Of a stretch of 20,000 nucleotides of DNA, positions 1 to 9,900 are shown piece by piece; the first letter of the stretch is position 1; the number at the start of each line of letters is the position of its first letter. The notes beneath the pieces are model-generated. The model saw nothing but the letters and a program-made list of their open reading frames with translations. It was not told where the DNA came from and did not search any database. The position numbers and the translations under genes are program-made. Source of the stretch: Trichomonas gallinae (lineage: Eukaryota); contig MRSU01003251.1 of the NCBI GenBank assembly GCA_008369845.1, forward strand, positions 53,839 through 73,838, written 5' to 3'.

Positions 1-14
1 ATTATTGACAAAAA

Positions 15-1142
15 TTACTCAGCCTTACCGATTTGTCTCTTGCCTTCTAAGGATGAGAGTGTTCTGAAGAATAATTGATCTATAAGAGAAACACAAGTGA
101 AGCATCCACCAACAATAGCACAAATTGATGTGATAAGCTTCCATGGAGTAGAAATAATTTCATATTGAACCAAAGAAATTGGTGCAATATTGTAATTCAG
201 GAAGATTCCTGGAACATTACGCGACGTCTTTTCTGTAAGGTTCTTCTGTGTGATCATTGGGTGGAATTTATATGTTGAAACTGGGAATCCTCTCTTTGAG
301 AACCATCTTGTTGGAACTACTTCAAGATCGTAATTATAAACCATGAGACCCTTCTTTTCTTGAAGCACTGTGAGTCCATCAAGTGGGCCGAGCTCCTGGT
401 TAACACGTGGTCCAAATTCGAGATAATGAATAGTATGTGAAAGATTGTATTTAGAAGACAGGCGGGAAATATCTACTGGACGCTTATCTCCAATCCTGAA
501 CTCCCCAAGAGCGAAATAAAGGAAACCAGATATATGAGGAACTCCGATTTCACCGTAAATGTTGCAGCTTTCTTTGCCGAGATTAGCGTAGCCCTCATCA
601 ACGCACTGTTGCCAACGATCAATTCCATCAATACCCCAGCCTTTTTGCTTGAAAGCATTAATCACATCTTCGCAGTTGTTGCAGCATTTATCTCTTGGCA
701 ATGCTCCATAGCATGAGCCACAGTATGATTCTGGCTTTGCATCTTTCTTTTGTTTCTTCTTTTCAGATCTCTTAAGCGAAATAAAGTTCTTGCTATCGAT
801 TGCGAATCCATTTTCATCAACACGCTGCTGTTTTATATCGTGCATTTGTGTTTCAAGGGCATTTCCTTCTGAATCGTAAGCTGAAACAAATAATTTACCG
901 CATGGAACTTGAATTGAGATGTTAAAGTTGATTGACATTAATCTCTGAAGACTTACACGTGAAGAATCAACTGCAATATCCTCATAAACGCGTGGGAATA
1001 TAAATCTGTATAATTCGTGAAGGAATAAAACGGCCATGAATGCCATTGCCACTAACGAGAGGATGGCACCACTGTTAGTTTTAACCTTGACATCTGGATC
1101 TGTGTATTTTGGAAAGATATCAAACTTCTTTAATACATTCAT
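15..1142 (-). CDS. ERGIC3: ER-Golgi intermediate compartment protein, ERGIC3/Erv46 family (COPII vesicle cargo receptor)
   Basis: N-terminal 'LKKFDIFPK...VKTNSGAILS' followed by a TM helix (ERGIC_N pattern); Cys cluster 'YCGSCYGA...CCNNCEDVINAF...W...WQQC'; 'NLSHTIHYLEFG'; 'PGIFLNYNIAPI'; second TM 'ICAIVGGCFT'; C-terminal 'IGKAE' with Lys at -3. I place the start at the ATG at 1142 (MNVLKKFD), which fits the family N-terminus and follows TCAAA, rather than at the ORF-track start at 1178. Confidence 0.93.
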   Translation of the reverse strand: MNVLKKFDIFPKYTDPDVKVKTNSGAILSLVAMAFMAVLFLHELYRFIFPRVYEDIAVDSSRVSLQRLMSINFNISIQVPCGKLFVSAYDSEGNALETQMHDIKQQRVDENGFAIDSKNFISLKRSEKKKQKKDAKPESYCGSCYGALPRDKCCNNCEDVINAFKQKGWGIDGIDRWQQCVDEGYANLGKESCNIYGEIGVPHISGFLYFALGEFRIGDKRPVDISRLSSKYNLSHTIHYLEFGPRVNQELGPLDGLTVLQEKKGLMVYNYDLEVVPTRWFSKRGFPVSTYKFHPMITQKNLTEKTSRNVPGIFLNYNIAPISLVQYEIISTPWKLITSICAIVGGCFTCVSLIDQLFFRTLSSLEGKRQIGKAE

Positions 1143-2469
1143 TATTTTTTTGACAAATGTCAAAAATCTTCTTAACATTCTAACGATTCAACCAAACATA
1201 GAAATTCATCTATTGCCCCTTCTTGGACAAATTTAACACATACTCATTCAGAAAATGCTTCAATGTCGTTAGCATATATTGTTTTATTTTAACATCTACA
1301 TGCAATACCTACTGGGGTATAAAATATAACATAAGCTGTCTAATAATATTATAGTTATGTAGTAATTTTTAGTATAAAATCAAATTAAAAGTTTTATTAA
1401 ATATATTTCTTTTTTTTTGTTTGTTATTATAAGTGTTGACATATGTAATTACATATATTTTATCCAAATATAAAATACTTCATATATTACTGAATGCTAT
1501 CTTACATTGTAGATTGAAATTTGAATTGGATTTCAGATTAGATTGAGTAAATAGTCAAATTCAGAGCATATTCAAATAGTTAACGCAAATACTTATTCAT
1601 TATTTTGTCAGTTTTAGCAAAATCTAATAAGTTTGAAGGAAAGTAATGAATAATCTAATTAAACAGGTTTTCTTGCATAGATGGGTTTATATTATCACCT
1701 ATAATAAATTCCATTAATGCAAGAGCTCCATATTCATTATCAGATATCAAAGATAATATCATTGACCAAAAATGATAACCTTTGCCATCTTCAAATGATC
1801 TTGTGGACTATGAATGTTTCCATGGAATATCAAAACATTTGATTTTATGAGATATTATTTTTTTGAATGTTGTGGATTCAAGGAATTTGCTACGCAAAAA
1901 ACAGATTAGATGTATAGAAAGAATGCATTTCAAGAAGTGTCTCCTCTCATTAGTTTGACCGTAAAATAGCAGCATAACCTACAGAAATTCAACATTCAAA
2001 AAAAGAACTTCTGATTTTCAACGAAAAACAAATTTAATTTAGTAAAAATTATCAATTAGATAAGCATAGGATATTCGATGAAAAAATATTTTCTTCGCAG
2101 AACAGAAAATTTCAACGCATAACAATTATCAATTAAATAACTATTAGCTTCATATTAAAGAAATGATTATGACAAAATATTTTCAACGACAATCAAACTG
2201 CGAAAATTATTTCTCAGAAAAGTTATGAATTTACAATTACTCTCAAATATTTGTTAAAGTATTCAAATAATTTCAATGCAAAATTTTTGCTAATTTAAAA
2301 TAACTTTAAATTTATGTTATTTAGATGTATTCCCATTAATTCGATTCAAAAATATTTTTGTTTTTTTATTCGATATTCCTGTTTAGATAACTGATATCAA
2401 GCATATGAGGATAAATATTTTCACATTGAATCTATTTACAACAATTGAAAAGTAAAATTATTTTTCTAA

Positions 2470-3177
2470 ATGGATAAAATCCCTTTCCTTGATTTCTTAG
2501 TTGAAGCTGATAGGAAGCGTTACCTTGAACTCCGCAGCACATTTTGCTCTGATAAGATGAGATATCAGCGTTTCAAGAGGATGGATACTTTTGATTTGAT
2601 TTTAGAAGAACTCAGAAAGTTTTGCATTAAAAATGATGAAGACGATTGGAAGAGATGCCTCGTTTGCGGCGTTTGCTGGCTTAATGGATACACAGGAATC
2701 AACGTTAAGCAATTAAGAATTCTCACTGACAAGTCAAAATCAAATATCAATGGTGTCCTCGCAAAATTAGGCTATGTTATAGTTCAAAACACGCAGCACA
2801 AAAAGGATCTTATCGAAGCGATACCATTTTTAAGAGGAAATTACTTGGAACAACGCTTTTGGACCATTAGATTGAACCCATTGAACTCTAACTATAATAA
2901 TATAAACTCAGACTCTCAGTCAAGCCCAGAATATCCTTCAAGTCCGATTAATATTTCGCAGACTCCTCAGCCGACTCTGAAGAATGAGCTGATCGATATA
3001 CCTAATGGAAACGAGATTACGAATATATTTTCTGTCGTAGATCTCAAAATTAAGAATGGAGCAGTTTGTGGAATGGATCCAACAGAAATCGATTTCTTTG
3101 CTGATCCAATCTGCTGCTGTCCAGCTGGATGGATCATTCCTTCAGTTGATACAAGGGAATTATTGTCTTTCGGATAA
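2470..3177 (+). CDS. Initiator-binding domain (IBD, IBP39-like) family putative transcription factor
   Basis: Residues ~8-135 match the trichomonad IBD pattern 'DRKRYLELR...R..F...L..LRKFC...D.DDWKRCLVCGVCW....GINVKQL..L..KSKSNINGVL.KLGY...R.WTIR'. A Ser/Pro/Asn-rich linker and a C-terminal 'FFADPICCCP' motif follow. Confidence 0.88.
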   Translation: MDKIPFLDFLVEADRKRYLELRSTFCSDKMRYQRFKRMDTFDLILEELRKFCIKNDEDDWKRCLVCGVCWLNGYTGINVKQLRILTDKSKSNINGVLAKLGYVIVQNTQHKKDLIEAIPFLRGNYLEQRFWTIRLNPLNSNYNNINSDSQSSPEYPSSPINISQTPQPTLKNELIDIPNGNEITNIFSVVDLKIKNGAVCGMDPTEIDFFADPICCCPAGWIIPSVDTRELLSFG

Positions 3178-3415
3178 TATGTTATTCTATAATATTGTTT
3201 TTACTATTTTTATTGCTGTATATCTGTATAATTTGAACTAAAATACCATTTTTCTTTGTCTAGTTAAATAGTTAGTAACTTTATATTCACAAAGAAAATA
3301 AATAATAAATTTATTGCTTTCTTGTTACTTGGTAATAAGGTAATAGCTAGTGAATTGAATGGCATGATTAAAAACCATAAATTGATTATTGGTATTTATC
3401 AAATTTTATCTGATA

Positions 3416-3820
3416 CTATAATAATATGTATAAACAAGATATAGGACAGGAAAATGATAAAAATGGATGAATATAAGTTTGTTATATGTTAAAAACAAAG
3501 TGTTGACATATGATTTTATATTTTTTTTTTTTTCATTCTATTATAATAGGAAAAAGTCAAACACAAAGCAAGATAATGATGAAAAATGGAGGATGGATAC
3601 TTGTTATATGTTAGAAAAGATAAGTTAATTAATTTTTTATATTTAATGCTATTATAATAGGAGAAAACCAGATAGTATGCAAGATAATGATGAAAAATGG
3701 AAGGTTGTAGACATTTTTATGTTAGAAGCAAGACATTGATTTTTGAATTGATATTTTTGTATCTGGTTCTATTATAATAGGAAAAAACTATATAGATGGC
3801 AGACAAATGACGAAGAATGA
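3416..3820. repeat. Degenerate tandem repeat, ~3.4 units of 111-122 bp
   Basis: Anchor CTATTATAATAGGA at 3538, 3649 and 3769, with a degenerate CTATAATAATATG at 3416. GCAAGATAATGATGAAAAATGGA is identical at 3568-3590 and 3679-3701. A TTGTTATATGTTA-like block occurs in three units. Confidence 0.85.
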
Positions 3821-3914
3821 TATTTAATAGATTGCTATTAGTCCCAAAATAGATATAAATAGTGAAAAAGAAAGATTAACAATTTGAGGGAGTTCATAGA
3901 ATAGATTGAGGAAG

Positions 3915-3920
3915 TCATTT
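3915..3920 (+). promoter_or_regulatory. Trichomonad initiator (Inr) element TCATTT
   Basis: Matches the TCAYT/TCAYW Inr consensus and begins 10 nt upstream of the ATG at 3925, the usual short 5' UTR distance in trichomonads. Confidence 0.7.
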
Positions 3921-3924
3921 TAGT

Positions 3925-6900
3925 ATGGAGTCATTGACTAAAATCTTCACTAAAAATGACCATACTATGATCAAGCAGTTATCTCAGTCCCTCAAGTCTA
4001 AACATATCGAATTTATGTTTAAGAATATCAAAGAAGTAGAAGAGATAATACAAAACTACTTAAATCTGTTGCTGAAAAAGCCAGGAAACCTAAAAGATAA
4101 AGACTGGGAACTAGCATGTTACCTGTCTTTCGTGTTTGTTATAATTTTTGAAGTAGATCCAGCGAAAATTCCAAACATTTCTCTATTTCAACAGTCAGGA
4201 CGATTATTTTCGGCTTCTCTTAATCTGAAAGTGAAACAGACACTGCTAAACGAAGGATCGCCTCATATAATGTCGTATTTAGAAGAATATTACAAACAAG
4301 CAAAATCCGGATTTAATATAACAACGTTTTATTCAACAACACCATGCTTCTACTTGTTGCCCGTATCAAACTACATATCTATGGATATGGGAACAGACAA
4401 AAGCACGCATAGAATTGAAGAATTTTTCAAGATTATTTCTCAAATATCGAGAACAAAGAATTCAATTCATTATTCGAACTTACTATTCATCGCTGAAACC
4501 ATTTCAAACATCCTTAAGTCAAAAATTCCTTTACCAGTCGAATATATTCAAGTTTTTAACGCTATTTTTCAAGAAATGATTAAATGCCCATCGACAGGCT
4601 TAGTATTATTCTTTTCTAATTGGCTTAATTTCATCAAACAGATAAATAACCAATACCAAATGCAAAACAATCAACGATTACTCTACACAAACACAATTTT
4701 CCCACAATCCGAGCTTGTTTCTCAGCTCTTCAGCCTGGCATCGCGTTACAAATACAATGAAATGATTACTTCCTTTTCTTGGAATTATATTTATTATTAT
4801 GCGGATTTGGTCTTCTCTGAGGACCAGTTTCCTCAACAGCTGAGGATAATAAACATGATTTCGAGCATTCAAAAGCGAGTAAGCAGAACTGAAATTTTTC
4901 CTTATATTAATGACTCAATAACGAGATTTTCGGGAACTTTGACCGAGACATACAAAAAGAAAGGTCCAAGCTGCCATATTTTTACACTTATAACCGCTTT
5001 GGAGCAGTCTATTGAGTCATTAGTTGCAGAATTAAATGAATTACAGCCAATTTACTTGCAATCACCGAATAAGCCAAATCCAGACGAAAAAGTTTACTTC
5101 ATTGATCAAATTTGCTCATCAAACAATTATACACAATATGATAAAGAATTATACACAATTGTTCACTACAAAGTCTTTAATTCTGCGGAATTAGCAGATG
5201 CTTATCATAAGAAACAGCTTGCGAAGGTCGATGAAATCAAATCTAAATTAAATTCGATTGCTTTTTATTATTTCCAGTTAAAACCAAAATTGATCAATTT
5301 GTATATAGCAGAATCAAAATTAGACTCGAATTCACAACAAGGATACTTATTCAATTACATTATTAGCTTCATATTTACATGGGTGAAATTTATGATCCTT
5401 GCTTGTTACAAATTAATGTGTCTGTCGCTTTACAAACCATCAAGCAACGAAAATTTCTTACCATCGAGGCCAGAAAGACATCACCAATATGATTTAACAA
5501 ATACTTTCCAAAAAATCATTCTTTCATTCCAAGAATTACCGAGTTCATCATATAAAATGATAGCTTCTGTAATTGTTGCACTCATTGTCCACTTTTCCAA
5601 TGATAGAATGATAACATTGCCATTTATCAATATTTTGGACAAATTATCACGAGAACGTAACCAAAATGATCCACCGGACTCATATACAATCATAGCATAT
5701 GTCGTAGCAATGATGATGAGCTTAACTTACGAAAAAGTTCACACATTTAATTCTAGATCTTTCTTGAAATCACATTTATTCTATCTCTGGTCATTATTAA
5801 CGTTTAGGATTGGCACACCAAAAGAAACGGGAGCTTCAAACACTTTCTTTGGCTCTCTGACATTGTTTTACTTCAAAGTCATTGTAACAGCGATTTTTTC
5901 GAACACGAAATGGATGACGAACCAATCAACAGCTCTAAAAACAGCCCAAGACTTCATAGACGCTGAAATGAATCTGCATCCAGAATTACCGCAGAGAAAA
6001 GGACGAAATTCACGAATGCATTCACGCATCATTTCTTTCGACGATATAAGAGATTCAGCTAAAGAACAAGCAGCTTGCGCGTTCTTGGATTACTTCAGCC
6101 AAGAAGCTGATGCTGAGGCCATTGACATTTTCATGCCAGCTTTCGAAACAGCCTTGAAATCAAACAATCCGCAAACAGTTATAAAAGCTGCCAAAATCTG
6201 TCACAAGTTTATCGTCGGAGATCTTCCTAATACATGGGTTGAAGAATCCAATGATGCACGCAAAGAGTTCTTCTATTCATACTTCAAGTCTTTGTCTGTT
6301 TTAGACTCAGAGACAGCAAAAGAAGTCATTGAAGACGCAACGATTTTGACGCCGATGTTTTTGCAGCCTCAGTTTTCTCCTGGTTTCATTTTGATGGTCA
6401 AAATACCAGATTTACTGTTCAATTTATCTGTTATCATGCAGCAGTTGTCTCTGCACGCGAATGAAAATGATGACGACTACAGAAACATATTCGCTTTTCT
6501 GACAAATGTATTCGATTTTATTTACAACAACATTTCTATAGAAAGACAACATTTGCAGCCGATTGTCAAATCAGCAGTTTTTCTCTTACTTCAATGCTTC
6601 GCTTTCGACTCTTTCTTCCAGACAGTCAACGGTTATGTCAATCATTTGAATTCACTTTTCGCTCCATTCTTCGCACGAGGAGATTTCGACTTATACTTTT
6701 TGTGCACGTTGAGTGTTGTCGGGGCAAACAGGTCTGATATAGCTCAGATAGCTACAGATATATTGGTGTCTTTCTTGGACACAGTTAAACACTACGGAAT
6801 AACAGAAAAAGTTGTCGACAAAACTATAGTAACAATTTTAGCATATTTCTCACCACAAACACACATGTTTTCTATTTTGACCGGTTTATCATTGCTAAAC

Positions 6901-9900
6901 AGATTCTTCCCCGGCTGCATCATGCTTGACTATGTAAGGAGTCTTCTAGTTCAACTTACAGACATGCCTGCATCTGAGACGCATTTCTTCAACGTTCTCG
7001 GGGAATTCCTCAAAAACTGGCTTTCAATGCAGACACTTGAGACTCACAAAGAGTTCGTTATGATGATCTACGACATCGTTTGTCCACTGTCTACACCAGT
7101 GAGAATAGTATTGCACCAGCAAACAGAAAAATTAAATGTCAAAATTCCAATACATTCCATGGCAGAAATCGATACAGCTGATGATGTTTTATACTTGGAA
7201 AGAATTTCATTGGTTATCGGCTGCGGTGTAGAATTCGATTTTGTTTTGACACCAGGAATAATACAGAGAATAACAGAGATAATATGCAAGAAATCGGAGG
7301 GAATAACAATATTAGAGCACATTTCTCATAGTTTGCAATTGACTTTGTCATCAATACATCACAGAGAGTTTATCCACGAATTTTCTCAGAACGAAGTTTT
7401 GCTTTCGCAAATATTAAATCATATATGCAATTCTCTGACATCCCATTACATGCCCGTTCTATATCTTGCAAAGAAATGCATCCAGGAAATCAAAAATTTG
7501 TACGGCGGAGAGTTAAGATTCTCGCAACAAATCTATGAATACTGCTGGTCACCTGAAAAGATATTTACACCTTTCGGCCCACAGCCAGAGAGAATTGGAT
7601 TCTACAGACGACTTACTAAGCTACTACCAGACAAAGCGTCAATAACAATTGTAGATATTTTCACGAACGCGATTGTTGAATTCGAAAACAAATCGAATGC
7701 GCAAAAACTGAAATACATGCAGAACTTCATACAATTCATCAAGATGTTCACAGTCAGGGAGCTTATGTCTATTGATATAATACACGAAAAAGTCTGCCAC
7801 GCGTCATCAAATGGACAATCGAACCTTCAATTGATCATCGATGTTTTCTTGAAACTTATGAATAATCCAGAGATTCCTTTCTACGCACTAACAAAGAAAT
7901 ACGTCGTGAAACTCGTGAGAAACTTCGCGGATGAGGTTGTACAATATATAATGTTCAGCCATCATCATTTGAATGTCTCAGCAATCTACTTTTTGCTGGT
8001 TTGCATATTCAACGATTCAACTGGAATTATTCTCAAAGCGATGGAAAGATTATTGATGGGCCTTGACGACCTAAACTGCGTCAATCCTTCCATTTCCAAG
8101 ATGATTATGATGCTCGTTGTCTCAGTTTGGTCAAATGAACAAAAGATTCTATTGTTGAACTCAGCAGTCAGATTGTTTAACTTTTACTTGGATTCGTGCA
8201 AAGATGAAAGAAAACCAGGAAACCACAGGTTCGCGATTTTGTCTGATATAACAACAGCCGTCGTTTATCTAATTGATCTACACTTCGACAAGCAGTTAAT
8301 CTTGCGTGTAGCAGAAGCATTCGAGCAGCCAATATTAATGGATACATCAACATACCACAAATTCATCAAAATTGTTTTCGACACGAAATCTCCTGAATTC
8401 AAAGTCGAATTATTCAACGATGTTTACAACATGAGGAATAATTTATCGAATTTCGTTGTTACTATGATGCTTTCTCATTGTATAATGAAAACACAACACA
8501 CGAAAGAAAACCTTGAAGACTTTCTCGAAAAACTGTTACTGATATCGAAAGACGAAGTTTTCAGGACTGCAGTGATAAGATCCATTTACCATATACTAAG
8601 ACAATACATGCCAAGCGATGATAAACTCAAGCAGATAATTTTGGATCCACTAAAGGCTTCAATAACATCACCAAATCCGGAACAAGTTATCTATGGAATC
8701 AGAGTTTCAACGATTTTGCAGAAGAAGAACAAACTTCCGACAGTTGTATTCAAAGGATTCGTTTTGACTCTCTTGACATACACCAAATTCTTGGAGCCAC
8801 CTTACTTCAAGTTCCTGGTTAAATTAATTAAGCATGGATTGAAGAATATCGAAGATGATCCTAATGATTACATTTCTGCAATTTCTTATTATTTCGTTGA
8901 CAAGAATTTGAATATTCACGATTATATAAATGTCGGAAACTTTTTAGTTCAGGTTCCTTATCTTCTTGATTTATTGCCATTTTCTTTCATCGGGTTCATG
9001 ACTGACCAGCTCAGCAATAGAATACACGACAGGAAGCAGAGAGACGACTACAACGATCCAGAAAGAAAGTTCAAACAAGAAAGAGGCAAAAAATTATACT
9101 CAAAGCAAAAAGAAGACATTTTGGAAGCAAACGAAATCATCAATTTTCTTCACAAATGCATGGCAGCTGTTCAAGCTACACAAGAAGAGTTCGAACATTA
9201 TGTTGAAGTTACTTTCCCATTCATTTCAATGCTCTCTCAGCAGATAATGAAGAAAGATCCTTATGAGAGTTTTTACATGTTACTTGCAAACGCAAATTAC
9301 AAACTCACGAAACCGTTTAGCTTACTTGGATCGATAATACAAGGACCGTTGACATCATTCTCTTTCGGATTCATCTGCGTATCAGTTAAATTCGTCAAAG
9401 ATGAAGAAATGGAAGCAATGAATGAATTTGTTGAACGGGTTTTGAGATATTTAGTTGACGAAAAGAATCATGTCAATGGAAAGCTTTTCGCTATCTTATG
9501 CGCGAGAGTTTTCACTAAGAATGACATCAGCCAGCAGTTGTATAACTCGGCTGTTGCAACATTAGATGAATTGATCAATAAGATGAAGAACGACAAAAGA
9601 TTTATTGACATCGTTGGCGAACGCGCGATGATTTTGATTAACAGTTTGCTGAAGTTTAATTATGACGAAGAAATAGAAAGAAGGTTGATGGAGTTCTTCG
9701 AATTCATCGGAATAATAGCAGAGATCAAACCATTTAACAATGTTGGAGTGATGCTGGTGAGAAACATGCTGAAGTGCATCGAAAATATTTTCTTCGGTGA
9801 ACAAAACAAATTGATTACTTTGTTGCTCGATAAAATCGTTATTTATCAGGATGCTATAAGAAGTTATGCAGATTTATTGGCACAGATATTAAGGTCTCCT

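Noticed and set aside
1143..1178. 12-aa N-terminal extension of ERGIC3
   Set aside because: The family normally starts a few residues before 'LKKFD', and the region contains an Inr-like TCAAA just before the second ATG. The upstream ATG cannot be fully excluded.
1981..2190. Short repeated words (AATTATCAATTA x2, TTTCAACG x3, ACAGAAA..TTCAAC x2)
   Set aside because: They are short, very AT-rich and have no regular period, so they cannot be distinguished from background by eye.
3416..3820. CRISPR array interpretation of the repeat with palindromic anchors
   Set aside because: The context is eukaryotic with no cas genes, and the 'spacers' are homologous to each other, so it is a degenerate tandem repeat.
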